From: Armatimonadota bacterium
Lineage (GTDB): Bacteria; Armatimonadota; Zipacnadia; Zipacnadales; UBA5352
Reading direction: 5' to 3'
Assembly (NCBI GenBank): GCA_034722055.1
Contig: JAYENL010000284.1
Span: 1 to 59,117, forward strand
Length of the DNA: 59,117 bases
In this document: in pieces, positions 19,021 through 28,591 of the stretch
How the letters are laid out: every line of letters begins with the position of its first letter
Position numbering within the stretch: the stretch's first letter is position 1
Made by a program: the position numbers and the translations under genes
Notes under the pieces: model-generated
Told to the model about the DNA's origin: nothing
Seen by the model: only the letters and a program-made list of their open reading frames with translations
Databases searched by the model: none

Positions 19021-20100
19021 TCAGAACTGCGGGTAGCCTGAGGGCAGGAAGTGCTGCACGTACTTGTCGCGTGCAAAGCGGTCGGTCATCCCCGCGATGT
19101 AGTCGCACACCGAACGGGCGCGCATGGCCGTGAAGCCCGGCACCGCCCCGATGTCCACCTCGTAGGCCTCGTCCCGCTCCATGTAGAGCTCGAAGAGCCG
19201 CTCGATGATGCCGAACACCTGCTGGCGGGCGGGCAGCAGCGGCGGTCCCATGTAGACGCGCTCGAAGAGGAAGTCCTTCAGCTCATCCATGGCCTCCATG
19301 ACGCGCTCGCTCATCGCCAGCGCCGGCTTGCCCTCGCTGCGGGCGATGATGTCCTCCACCATCGTCCCCACCCGGTCGCTGTGCCGCTCCCCGAGCACCT
19401 GGATGCAGCCGCGGGGAACGTCCTCAAGCCGCAGCAGGCCCGAGCGCAGGCAGTCGTCGAGGTCGTGATTGAGATACGCGATGCGGTCGGCGATGCGCAG
19501 CACAATGGCCTCCAGGCTCACATCTGTGTCGATTGAGAGCGCCTTGGGGGTGTCCTCGGCGCCCTTGGAGTGTGCGGCGATGCCCTCCAGCGTCTCATAC
19601 GTGAGGTTCAGGCCGCGGCCCTCCCTCTCCAGGACCGTCAGCACGCGAACGCTGTGCTCGGCGTGGGCGAAGCGGGCCTCGGGGTCGTAGTCGTGGTAGG
19701 CCTCGTCGAGCGCCCACTCGCCGGCGTGGCCGAAGGGGGTGTGCCCCACATCGTGGCCCAGGGCCATGGCCTCCGTAAGCTCCTCGTTCAGCCGCAGGGC
19801 CTTGGCGATGGTGCGGGCGATCTGGGAGACCTCCAGGGTGTGGCTCAGGCGGGTGCGGAGGTGGTCCTCCCGGGCGGCGATGAAGACCTGGGTCTTGTGA
19901 GCCAGGCGCCTGAAGGCGCGGCAGAGGTGAATGATGCGGTCGCGGTCCCGCTGGAAGGCGGTGCGGACGGGGTCGGGCTCGGTGGGCCGCTCGCGGCCGC
20001 GGGACTGTGCCGCCAGCGTGGCGAACGACGAGAGCTGCTCGCGCTCCAACTGCTCGAGCCGCTCCCGGATGGTGTGTCCCCGTGGGGTGTCTCCGGTCAT
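19021..20100 (-). CDS. dgt: deoxyguanosinetriphosphate triphosphohydrolase
   Basis: RTAFQRDRDRI, FRRL.HKTQVF, RTRLSHTLEV, HDVGHTPFGH.GE, DYIAGMTDRFA. Confidence 0.93.
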   Translation of the reverse strand: MTGDTPRGHTIRERLEQLEREQLSSFATLAAQSRGRERPTEPDPVRTAFQRDRDRIIHLCRAFRRLAHKTQVFIAAREDHLRTRLSHTLEVSQIARTIAKALRLNEELTEAMALGHDVGHTPFGHAGEWALDEAYHDYDPEARFAHAEHSVRVLTVLEREGRGLNLTYETLEGIAAHSKGAEDTPKALSIDTDVSLEAIVLRIADRIAYLNHDLDDCLRSGLLRLEDVPRGCIQVLGERHSDRVGTMVEDIIARSEGKPALAMSERVMEAMDELKDFLFERVYMGPPLLPARQQVFGIIERLFELYMERDEAYEVDIGAVPGFTAMRARSVCDYIAGMTDRFARDKYVQHFLPSGYPQF

Positions 20101-20156
20101 TTGTCTGGCCGCCCGATGAGCGCTTCATAGGACACGAACGGCGCACGGCAACGGCT

Positions 20157-20221
20157 GGCGGGCAGGGAAGCCCGCCTTTCCGGATCTTCATGCTCTGGGG
20201 CGCGGGCGCCCTCGCCCGCGC
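20157..20221. repeat. two REP-like hairpins
   Basis: GGCGGGCAGGGAAGCCCGCC and GCGCGGGCGCCCTCGCCCGCGC between glyS and dgt. Confidence 0.5.
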
Positions 20222-20271
20222 GTTTTACCGAGACCTGGAATCTGCCCCCGACGCTCTCGCCCGCACGCCGT

Positions 20272-22410
20272 TCAGTCCGCCTCGCCCTCAAAGACGATCT
20301 CCTGCACGTCCAGCAGGCGCAGGAAGAGGTCGTCCACCTCCGCCAGCAGCGCCAGGCGGTTGCGGCGGAGGTGCTCGTCCTCCGCCATCACAAGCACCTC
20401 GTCGAAGAAGGTGTCGATGGGCTCCCGCAGGCCCGCCAGCGCCTCCCACGCCGCCTCGTAGTCGCGTCGGCCTTCATGCGCCAGCGCATCCCGCAGCGTC
20501 TCCCTGGCGGCCGCGAATGCGCTGTAGAGGGCCCTCGCCTCCGGCTCGGTCAGGGCCTCCGGGTCGAGCTGCAGGTCCTCCTCGGCCTTGGGCCCCCGGA
20601 CGATGTTGGCGGTGCGCTCCGCGGCGATGACCACGAGCTCGAAGGCGTGCTCGTTGCGCGCCCGGATGTCGCGCAGCGCCAGGGCGCGGTCGAAGGCGTC
20701 CAGCAGATCCGGACAGGGGGCGCCCAGGACCGCTCGCGTCAGGTCGTAGATGACGCCGCGGCTGTCCAGCTCGCCCTCCAGCCGGGCGGCGATGAACTGC
20801 TCGATCTGCTCGCCGGCCTCCTCGGGAGCAATGGCGCCCGGCGCATCGATCTCCGGCAGATTGTCCAGCGCCTCGGTGATGAATGCCGGCATCTCCACGC
20901 GCCACCGGGCATCGAGGATGATGCGCACGATGCCCTGCGCCGCCCGCCGCAGCGCGTGCGGGTCGGCGGAGCCGGTCGGCCGCAGGCCCAGCCGGAAGCA
21001 CGCCGCCAGGTGATCCATCTTGTCGGCCAGCGCCACGACCCGGCCGGGCGTGGTCGCGGGCGGCTCATCGGCGGCGCTGTAGGGGCGGTAGTGCTCGCCG
21101 ATGGCCAGCGCCACCTCCTCCGGCTCTCCCGAGCGCCGGGCGTACTCCGCCCCGACGCGGCCCTGCAGCTTCGCCAGCTTCGTGTCCCCGATCATGTTCG
21201 TGTTCAGGTCGCACTTGGAGAGCCGCGCGGCCCGCGTGGCGTGTCTCTCGTGATCCTGCTCGACCTGCGTGACGCGTCCGCACAGCCAGCCCACCAGCCG
21301 CTGAAGCCGCATGGTCTTATCGTAGAGGCTCCCGAGGCCCTCGATGTAGGTCACGCGCTTGAGGCTCTCCAGGCGGTCCGGCAGGGGCGTGCGCATGTCC
21401 TCGGTGAGATAGAACTCCGCGTCCGCCAGCCGCGGCTCAATGACCCACTCGTTGCCCCGCCGCACCGTCTCCAAGCCCTGCTCGTCGCCGTTGCGGATGG
21501 CCACGAACAGCGGCAGCAATGCGCCATCGACGTCCTCCACGGCGAAGTAGCGCTGGTGGCCGCTCATCACCGTCACGATGACATCGTCGGGCAGCTCCAG
21601 GTAGCGGGGGTCGAAGCGCCCCACCAGGGCGGTGGGGTACTCCACCATGAAGTTGACCTCCTCCAGCAGCTCCGGGTCGAGGCGGACCCGGCCGCCCGCC
21701 TCCTCAGCCGCCTCCCGCGCGCCCTGAGCGATCATCTTCCGGCGGCGCTCGTGATCCGCGATGACGTAGGCGTCCCCCAGCGCGCTCAGATACTGCGCGG
21801 GCTCCGCGATTCGCACCGGTCCGTCGCTGAGAAAGCGGTGGCCCCAGGTGACGCGCCCGGACTGCAGGCCGGCGATCTCCACCGGGATGACCTCCTCGCC
21901 CAGCAGCGCCAGGATCCATTGGATCGGCCGCGCGAAGCGGAAGTCCCCGTCGCCCCACCGCATGGTCTTGGGGAAGCTCAGGGAGGCGACGGCGTCATGC
22001 AGGATCTCCGGCAGCACCTCTACGGCCTCCCGGCCGGGCTCTGAGACCGTCGCGAAGACGTATACGCCCTTACCGGTGTCGCGCACCTCCAGGTCCTCCA
22101 CAGACAGCCCTTTGCTGGAGGCGAACCCCTCCGCAGCCCTCGTGGGGTTGCCCTCGTCATCGAAGGCTGCCGCGGCGGGCGGGCCCTTGACCTCCTGCTC
22201 CAGGTCGGTCTGGCGGAGGGCCACGTCGCGTACCATGATGGTCAGCCGCCGGGGCGTACCCCAGGTGCTGACCGATCCGTGCCCCAGCCCCACCTCCGCC
22301 AAACCGTCAGCGAGCAGCCGCTCCAGTTGGCTCAGCGCGGGCAGCACCGCCGGAGCGGGGATCTCCTCGACGCCGATCTCGAACAGCAGGTCCGCTGTCT
22401 GATCCGCCAT
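20272..22410 (-). CDS. glyS: glycine--tRNA ligase beta subunit
   Basis: LLFEIGVEEIP, TPRRL, FPKTMRW, HQRYF, PTGSADPHALRR, IDTFFDEVLVM..D..LR.NRLALL. Confidence 0.97.
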   Translation of the reverse strand: MADQTADLLFEIGVEEIPAPAVLPALSQLERLLADGLAEVGLGHGSVSTWGTPRRLTIMVRDVALRQTDLEQEVKGPPAAAAFDDEGNPTRAAEGFASSKGLSVEDLEVRDTGKGVYVFATVSEPGREAVEVLPEILHDAVASLSFPKTMRWGDGDFRFARPIQWILALLGEEVIPVEIAGLQSGRVTWGHRFLSDGPVRIAEPAQYLSALGDAYVIADHERRRKMIAQGAREAAEEAGGRVRLDPELLEEVNFMVEYPTALVGRFDPRYLELPDDVIVTVMSGHQRYFAVEDVDGALLPLFVAIRNGDEQGLETVRRGNEWVIEPRLADAEFYLTEDMRTPLPDRLESLKRVTYIEGLGSLYDKTMRLQRLVGWLCGRVTQVEQDHERHATRAARLSKCDLNTNMIGDTKLAKLQGRVGAEYARRSGEPEEVALAIGEHYRPYSAADEPPATTPGRVVALADKMDHLAACFRLGLRPTGSADPHALRRAAQGIVRIILDARWRVEMPAFITEALDNLPEIDAPGAIAPEEAGEQIEQFIAARLEGELDSRGVIYDLTRAVLGAPCPDLLDAFDRALALRDIRARNEHAFELVVIAAERTANIVRGPKAEEDLQLDPEALTEPEARALYSAFAAARETLRDALAHEGRRDYEAAWEALAGLREPIDTFFDEVLVMAEDEHLRRNRLALLAEVDDLFLRLLDVQEIVFEGEAD

Positions 22411-22443
22411 CTGTGCGCGTCGCTCCTCGGGACGGTGGTTCGG

Positions 22444-23334
22444 TTAGCTCGCCGCCTCGGCGGCCTGGTCGTCAAGCAGCGGGAAGCCCAGCTCCCTCCG
22501 GCGCTGCACGTAGGCCTCGGCCACGCCGGCGGCCAGCCTGCGCACCCGCTCGATGATGCCCGTGCGCTCCGAGACGCTGATGGCGCCGCGAGCATCCAGC
22601 AGGTTGAAGAGGTGCGAGCACTTCAGCACGTAGTCGTAGGCGGGCAGCGGCAGGCCCTCGGTCGTGATGCGCCGCGCCTCCGCCTCGCACATCTCGAACA
22701 TGGCCGACAGCATCTCGACGTCGGCCAGCTCCAGGTTGTAGTGGGAGTACTGCCGCTCCTCCTCGAAGCGCATCTGGCCGTAGCCGACCGCCTCCGACCA
22801 CATCAGGTCGCGATAGTCCTCGACGCCCTGCAGGCACATCGCCAGCCGCTCGGGGCCGTAGGTCAGCTCCACGGTCACGGGCCTGCACTGCTGCCCGCCG
22901 ACCTGCTGGAAGTAGGTGTACTGGCAGATCTCCATGCCGTCCAGCCACATCTCCCAGCCGACGCCGGAGGCGCCGAGGGTGGGGGCCTCCCAGTCGTCCT
23001 CCACGAAGCGGATGTCGTGCTGCACGGGATCGACGCCCAGGGCCTCGACGGAGGCGATGGACAGGTCCTGGAACTGTTGTGGGGAGGGCTTCATGATGAC
23101 CTGGTACTGGAAGTAGCGCTGCAGGCGGTTGGGGTTCTCACCGTAGCGGCTGTCGGCCGGTCGCCGACAGGGCTGCACGTAGGCCACGTTCCAGGGCTCG
23201 GGCCCCAGGGAGCGGAGGAAGGTGTCCGGCGCCATGGTCCCGGCGCCCACCTCCAGCTCGTAGGCCTCCGTCAGCAGGCATTCCTGCTCTGCCCAGAACC
23301 GGTCGAGGGTGGCGAAGATCTCCTGCAGTGTCAT
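22444..23334 (-). CDS. glyQ: glycine--tRNA ligase alpha subunit
   Basis: [62 protein letters not shown]. Confidence 0.97.
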   Translation of the reverse strand: MTLQEIFATLDRFWAEQECLLTEAYELEVGAGTMAPDTFLRSLGPEPWNVAYVQPCRRPADSRYGENPNRLQRYFQYQVIMKPSPQQFQDLSIASVEALGVDPVQHDIRFVEDDWEAPTLGASGVGWEMWLDGMEICQYTYFQQVGGQQCRPVTVELTYGPERLAMCLQGVEDYRDLMWSEAVGYGQMRFEEERQYSHYNLELADVEMLSAMFEMCEAEARRITTEGLPLPAYDYVLKCSHLFNLLDARGAISVSERTGIIERVRRLAAGVAEAYVQRRRELGFPLLDDQAAEAAS

Positions 23335-23395
23335 CAACCGTTCAGCTCCCGTGCGCGTACTGGGCTCTCGGGCGCTCGTCCGCCAGTTACGCGCG

Positions 23396-23425
23396 GAGGG
23401 GCGGGTCCTGGGCGACCCGCCCCTC
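23396..23425. terminator. hairpin downstream of sigH (terminator or REP-like)
   Basis: GAGGGGCGGGTC-CTGGGC-GACCCGCCCCTC perfect 12-bp stem. Confidence 0.55.
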
Positions 23426-23458
23426 TGTCATACGCTCTGCGTGCGCCTGGTTGTCGGG

Positions 23459-24148
23459 TCAGGTCCGTCCCAGTCGCGCGGCCTGCTCGGGCGCGACCTT
23501 GGGGAGCTTGCGGCGAATGCGGGAGAGTGCGTTGTCGATGGACTTGATTTTGCACCCCAGCGCGGTCGCCATCTCCTTGTAGGACTTGCCGGTGCGATAC
23601 TCCGTCAGGACCTGCCACTCGAAGGGCGACAGATGCTCTCTCAGGGACTCCTGGAGCAGCCGCTCGCCCTCCAGCCCCAGCACCTCGGTCTCGGGGTCCA
23701 TCTGCGGGACCGCGGTCAGAACCTCTGAGAGGGAGCGCTCATCGTCCTCGTCGCCGCCCGGGGCCGCCTCCAGAGAGATGGAGGAGTTGAGCGGCACCTG
23801 CTTCTGGCGGGTCGCAGCCTTCACGGCAGATATCATCTGCCGCTGGATACAGACCTTCGCGAAGCACGCGAATGAGGTATGCCGGTCAGCTCGGAAGTCG
23901 TTGATGGCCTCCCACAGCCCCACCATCCCGATCTGCAGCAGATCATCGCGCTCCGCCCCCATCAGGAAGTAGGACTTGACCTTGGCCCTCACGAGATTGC
24001 GGTACTTATACAGAAGGTACTCGCACGCCTCTTTGTCGTTGCTCTCCTGAGCCGACCGCACCAGCTCCTCGTCGCTCATCTCGCTCAGGGAGAGATTGTG
24101 CCTGCCAGAGACACTGTCGTCCCGGAAGAATTCCGCTGGGTTTACCAT
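23459..24148 (-). CDS. sigH: RNA polymerase sigma factor, SigH family
   Basis: YLLYKYRNLVRAKVKSYFLMGAERDDLLQIGMVGL, CIQRQMISAVKAATRQKQVPLNS.ISL, GKSYKEMA..L....KSIDNALSRIRRKL closely match Firmicute SigH. Confidence 0.92.
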   Translation of the reverse strand: MVNPAEFFRDDSVSGRHNLSLSEMSDEELVRSAQESNDKEACEYLLYKYRNLVRAKVKSYFLMGAERDDLLQIGMVGLWEAINDFRADRHTSFACFAKVCIQRQMISAVKAATRQKQVPLNSSISLEAAPGGDEDDERSLSEVLTAVPQMDPETEVLGLEGERLLQESLREHLSPFEWQVLTEYRTGKSYKEMATALGCKIKSIDNALSRIRRKLPKVAPEQAARLGRT

Positions 24149-24189
24149 CCGTTTACCTCGGCCCTTTCGGTGGAGGTTGAGGGCTCACG

Positions 24190-24216
24190 TTTCCGGTCCG
24201 TCTGGCGTTATCCTCA
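24190..24216 (-). promoter_or_regulatory. sigma-H-like promoter upstream of sigH (possible autoregulation)
   Basis: TGAGGA-N17-GAAA; a weaker second site AGAGGC-N17-GAAG at 24341-24367. Confidence 0.5.
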
Positions 24217-24527
24217 TGCCGGGCAGTCGCGGCTTACCCGGCGTCTTCGCCCGCGCCTGCAGGGCGCGAGCGCAGCACGTCATCCAGTTGTAGAACCCCT
24301 CCGCCTTCCCGAAACGCCTGACGACCCAACGACGTGTCCGCTTCTCACCTCCCCATCCTGAGCCTCTCGGTACGCCCAGCACGGCGGCATGGCTCCGTCC
24401 CTGCCGGCGCTGCCCAGCGGACGCTCGACCGGCCAGAACGGCCCCGCGCGTTCCCCTTGCTCCTCGGCCCTGGTCCTTCGTTGCTGCGATGTGACTGCGA
24501 TGGATACTGTGCTGCGCTCGGCCGGGG

Positions 24528-24989
24528 TCACGACCTGCCCATCAGAGTTCGCATAAAGTCCACAAAAGCCTGATACCCTCTAAATTCATAGAGCTGCCAG
24601 CTCAAGACGGAGTCCGTGATGATCGGTGCGTGGGCCCCATAGCGGATGGCGAGATACTCGAAGAAGCCATAGCTGATGACAGCCGCAGTACACAGCCCCA
24701 AGAACGCTCCCACCGCTGCCTCCGTGGCAGTAACGTTGACCTTGAGCCGCACGGACATAAACACTGCAATGCCCGCCGTCAGCACCAGCACAACGATGGC
24801 CAGGAGCAGATATGCGAAGGATGGCGGTCCCACCTGCTCGCTGAAGGGCATATAGGCGAGTCGTATCCCGATGAGGCCCAGCAGGATGCACAGGAAATCA
24901 ACCAGTGCCGGGATGATCCCCCGCCTGCCCTCCAGCGCCATCAGCCCCACGAACATGACGAGACACAGCACATCGACGGGCGAAACCAT
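24528..24989 (-). CDS. CvpA-like small membrane protein
   Basis: VD.L.L...G.RRG.I pattern, four TM segments, GA.LG motif. Confidence 0.6.
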   Translation of the reverse strand: MVSPVDVLCLVMFVGLMALEGRRGIIPALVDFLCILLGLIGIRLAYMPFSEQVGPPSFAYLLLAIVVLVLTAGIAVFMSVRLKVNVTATEAAVGAFLGLCTAAVISYGFFEYLAIRYGAHAPIITDSVLSWQLYEFRGYQAFVDFMRTLMGRS

Positions 24990-25071
24990 CAGATGGCGCT
25001 CCGATCCGGCAGATGTTCAATGCTGGCAGCGTGTCTGCCGCTCACGAGCCCCGACCGCTTATTTGCGGGCC

Positions 25072-25100
25072 ATTATACACCATGGGCACTGCAGCGTCAA
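25072..25100 (-). promoter_or_regulatory. near-consensus sigma-70 promoter
   Basis: TTGACG-N17-TATAAT. Confidence 0.8.
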
Positions 25101-25131
25101 GCAAAGCCGGGTTCTCGACCTTTCATGCTGA

Positions 25132-26151
25132 TCAGGCCAGTGTGAACTCGAAAGTGGCGGCGGGTACGCCCGGGATCGGTCCCGCCACACGCCGGCGGTC
25201 GCGCCTCACACGGCCCTCGGACTCGAGCTCATGCAGTACCTCGTAGGTCGGATCGCACGCCACCACCGGCCCGTCTTCCACCGCGAGCCCGCCCACCGCC
25301 TCGATCATCCGCCCGCACGTCGCCGCCTCGCCGTCAGCAAGCAGCTCCAGGATACACTCCCGGGCCTCGCGCCGGTCGATGTCGTCCCGGCCACCTGTGG
25401 ATCCGTCCCCCAGCGGACGAACCTGTGTCTGTGCGAACGTGATCTCGGCCACCGACCACGGCGGGATCCACCGCCACTCACGGACGGTCTCCGGGAAGCC
25501 GCAGGGGCTGCTGGCGACGTAGGCTCCTCGGCCGTCGCGCCCCACGCACACAGGCATGTTGAAACGCGCGCCGAAGAGCGCCGCGGAATGTGAATAAGTT
25601 ATGAATAGACCTGCGATCTCTGAGGGTAAGCAGAGGAACGCATCCTCAATCGCCGACAGGGGCTGGGCCCCGTCGCCCATGCGGTTAGCAATCGCGTGTG
25701 CCATCACGTCGCTCATGTGTACGCAGCGGCCATCGGGGAGCCTGGGATAGCGTCCCACCTGCTTTTCAGCCACCGCCGTGAACCGGTGACCGGCGTCTTT
25801 CAGCCGCCGAGCCTCAGCCTCCAGGTCCAACTCGTCCTCGAAGCAGCCCACCGAGCCGTTGGCCACGTAGGCCAACGCCCGGCCCACCACGAAGGGGTGC
25901 GCCCACCGGCTGTCGCCGCCGGAGTTGCTGCGGCTGTGGGCCACGCCCACACGGCCCGGGAGGGTCATCCCGCCGAGGCTCTCGCGAAGAACCGTGCAAT
26001 CGCCCACCACCTTGCAGTGGCGTACCTCCCCCTCGGTGAGGACCGCCAGGCCCGAGTAGTAGCCGCCGGCCAGCCCCTCCTGCGCCTGGATCATCTCCAG
26101 GAGGATGGGTGCGGCAGGCTCCTCGCCCACGTATCCGGCGATGTTGCACAC
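25132..26151 (-). CDS. class II (Ntn) glutamine amidotransferase-like protein with C-terminal extension
   Basis: GTG start at 26151 gives M-C-NIAGY (N-terminal nucleophile Cys); GVAHSR, AHPF, ANG. Confidence 0.8.
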   Translation of the reverse strand: MCNIAGYVGEEPAAPILLEMIQAQEGLAGGYYSGLAVLTEGEVRHCKVVGDCTVLRESLGGMTLPGRVGVAHSRSNSGGDSRWAHPFVVGRALAYVANGSVGCFEDELDLEAEARRLKDAGHRFTAVAEKQVGRYPRLPDGRCVHMSDVMAHAIANRMGDGAQPLSAIEDAFLCLPSEIAGLFITYSHSAALFGARFNMPVCVGRDGRGAYVASSPCGFPETVREWRWIPPWSVAEITFAQTQVRPLGDGSTGGRDDIDRREARECILELLADGEAATCGRMIEAVGGLAVEDGPVVACDPTYEVLHELESEGRVRRDRRRVAGPIPGVPAATFEFTLA

Positions 26152-26254
26152 GTGCAATCACCCGTGCTGCGAATCTGCGCGTCCACAGGAGGATAGCAGG
26201 TGCGTCCGATGAGGTCAACGCTGGGGAGGGGGCTGAGGTGCGAGCGTTCATGAG

Positions 26255-26281
26255 GCAGGTGCGGCCTCGGCGGCGGCGAAG
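26255..26281 (+). promoter_or_regulatory. sigma-H-like promoter
   Basis: GCAGGT-N17-GAAG upstream of the ADP-ribosylglycohydrolase gene. Confidence 0.45.
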
Positions 26282-26460
26282 GCACCACGGTGTGCGAGGC
26301 TGGCTGCCTTGGCTGGCATCCGATGAGATGACGTCCGGGGCGGAAGGCGCGGGAGTGCATGACCTCGGCCGCGGCCTTGACGAGGCGTCACTGCTGCGAC
26401 GCACCGGCTTATGCACCGACCACGGGCGCGTCGGTGCCCAATACGTGAAGGGGAATCGCC

Positions 26461-28398
26461 ATGACGATCAGGCTGAACGCAGAGGAGCTGCACGATAAGG
26501 TGATGGGCTGCTGGCTGGGCAAGTCCATCGGTGGAACGCTGGGCGCCCCCCTGGAGGGCAAGAAGGGTCTCTTCGACCTTACCTACTACGACCCGGTGCC
26601 TGAGGGCGCTGTGTTCAACGACGACCTCGACATCCAGCTCGTGTGGCTGCGCGCGCTGCAGGAGCTGGGCCCGGAGCTGACCACCCACGACCTCGGCCGC
26701 TACTGGCTGAAGTACGTCATCTATCCCTGGGACGAGTACGGCTACGGCTCCTTCAACCTCCGCAAGGGCCTGGTGCCGCCGGTCAGCGGGGCCTACAACA
26801 ACTGGTACGTGGACTGCGAGGGCTCGCCGATCCGCTCGGAGATCTGGGCGATGGTGGCTCCGGCGGCCCCGGAGGTCGCGGCTCGCTACGCTTACGCCGA
26901 TGCTATCATCGACCACGCCGGCGGTGAGGGGGTGTGGGGTGAGATGTACCTGGCGGCGCTGGAGAGCGCGGCCTTCGTGGTCAGCGATCCCCATGAGCTG
27001 ATCGAGATCGGCCTCTCGCTGATTCCGCCCGACTGCCGCACCGCGCTGGCGGTCAAGGACGTGCTGCAGTGGCATCGCGAGGGCGTGGAGTGGACGAGGT
27101 GCCGGGAGCTGCTGCTGGAGAAGCATGGACACTACAACCCCCAGGACTCCCCGCAGAACCAGGGCATCGTGACCCTGGGCTGGCTCTACGGGGAGGGCGA
27201 CTTCGGGGACGCCATCCTGAAGGCCGTCAACTGCGGCGAGGACACCGACTGCACCGGCGCCACGCTCGGCTCCATCATGGGCATCGTCCACGGCGCCGAC
27301 GCCATCCCGCCGAGATGGAAGGACCCCGTCAGCGAGGGCATCGCCGTCGGATGGGGCATCGTGGGCCTCGACTACCCCACCGGCCTCGACGAGCTGACGC
27401 GACAGACGCTCGAGATGACCGAGACAGTGCTGGCGGCGAAGGCCCCGCACGTGCGCATCATCGACGGCGAGACGGAGCTTTCGGGCATTGGGGTGGACGA
27501 CCTCAAAGCCCCGGAGCTGATGCGCGAGGTCCAGGCGGCCGACCCGCTCACCGCCAGCTACGACCTGGGAGCACTGGTCCTGCACGTGAGCTATCACGAG
27601 ATGCCCACCATCGGCTATGACCAGCCGGCGCGGGTGACCCTGACCCTGGAGAGCAGAGCCGATGTGGCGATCTCCGGCGAGCTGGAGCTGGTGGCGCCGC
27701 ACGGCTGGCAGGTGGACGGCGGCGGCGAGTTCGCCCTCGGCCGGCGCGATGCCACACAGCAGATGGAGTGCTCCTTCGTGGCCTCGCGCGATGCCGTGAA
27801 GCTGCAGGTGAGCAACCCCATCACAGTGCGCATCGCGCTGGAGGGCCAGGACCCCGTCGTGCAGCGCTTCCCGCTGCTGGGCGAGCGCGTCTGGCTGATC
27901 GCCGGGCCGTTCGAGGGCGGGATCCACGACGCGGTTGGCCCGGAGGGGGACTTCGACGCCACCGGCGAGTGGGAGGGCCGCGATGGGACCGTCCGCTTCG
28001 AGCGCCGGGGCTTCCCCGAAAACGAGATGCCGCTGGACGACGTGCTGGAGGGCGAGCCGGGCATCGTGTGCGCCGTGACCTACGTCTACACGTCCGTGGA
28101 CACGCATATCAACTTGGGCCTGGACAACTGCGACGACTTCCGCGTCTACCTGGATGGCGAGATGATCGGCCAGGTCGTCGATCCGCCGCCGGTCAGGCCG
28201 GTGCGGCACCGCTTCGGCGTGGACGTTGAGAAAGGGTGGCACCAGGTGTTGGTGAAGCTGGTGGGCGGCGAGGGTGAGCTGGACTTCCACTTCCACCTCA
28301 TGGACGACCGGCCGGACGTGATGGGGAGCCGGGGCCACGGCCGCACGGACCTGATCAACACCTACCTGCCTGACGACGTCGCGCAGCACTTCCAGTGA
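26461..28398 (+). CDS. ADP-ribosylglycohydrolase-family protein with C-terminal beta-sandwich domains
   Basis: GCWLGK.IGGTLGAP.EG, NDDLD, IRSEIW, AVNCG.DTDCTGATLGSI.G. Confidence 0.88.
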   Translation: MTIRLNAEELHDKVMGCWLGKSIGGTLGAPLEGKKGLFDLTYYDPVPEGAVFNDDLDIQLVWLRALQELGPELTTHDLGRYWLKYVIYPWDEYGYGSFNLRKGLVPPVSGAYNNWYVDCEGSPIRSEIWAMVAPAAPEVAARYAYADAIIDHAGGEGVWGEMYLAALESAAFVVSDPHELIEIGLSLIPPDCRTALAVKDVLQWHREGVEWTRCRELLLEKHGHYNPQDSPQNQGIVTLGWLYGEGDFGDAILKAVNCGEDTDCTGATLGSIMGIVHGADAIPPRWKDPVSEGIAVGWGIVGLDYPTGLDELTRQTLEMTETVLAAKAPHVRIIDGETELSGIGVDDLKAPELMREVQAADPLTASYDLGALVLHVSYHEMPTIGYDQPARVTLTLESRADVAISGELELVAPHGWQVDGGGEFALGRRDATQQMECSFVASRDAVKLQVSNPITVRIALEGQDPVVQRFPLLGERVWLIAGPFEGGIHDAVGPEGDFDATGEWEGRDGTVRFERRGFPENEMPLDDVLEGEPGIVCAVTYVYTSVDTHINLGLDNCDDFRVYLDGEMIGQVVDPPPVRPVRHRFGVDVEKGWHQVLVKLVGGEGELDFHFHLMDDRPDVMGSRGHGRTDLINTYLPDDVAQHFQ

Positions 28399-28439
28399 GC
28401 TGGAAGCTGCCAGCTTCAAGCTGCAAGCTGACGGCTACG
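28398..28439. repeat. 7-bp tandem repeat (AGCTGNN x6)
   Basis: AGCTGGA AGCTGCC AGCTTCA AGCTGCA AGCTGAC GGCTACG directly after the stop codon. Confidence 0.7.
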
Positions 28440-28591
28440 GCGGTGGCGCTGGCCTGTGGGCCGGGTGTTGGCGGGGCTGGAAAAGCCCGGGAGATCGCGT
28501 CAGGGCCTGGGCGCATCCTGCCTGCTGTCAACACAGAGGAGACCGCGTCAGGCGGCAGCGGCGACCGCCGCGTGAGAGGGAGCGGAGAGCC

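Noticed and set aside
23338..23458. T-box riboswitch upstream of glyQS
   Set aside because: Only ~120 nt available and no T-box consensus (GGTGGNACCGCG) on the minus strand
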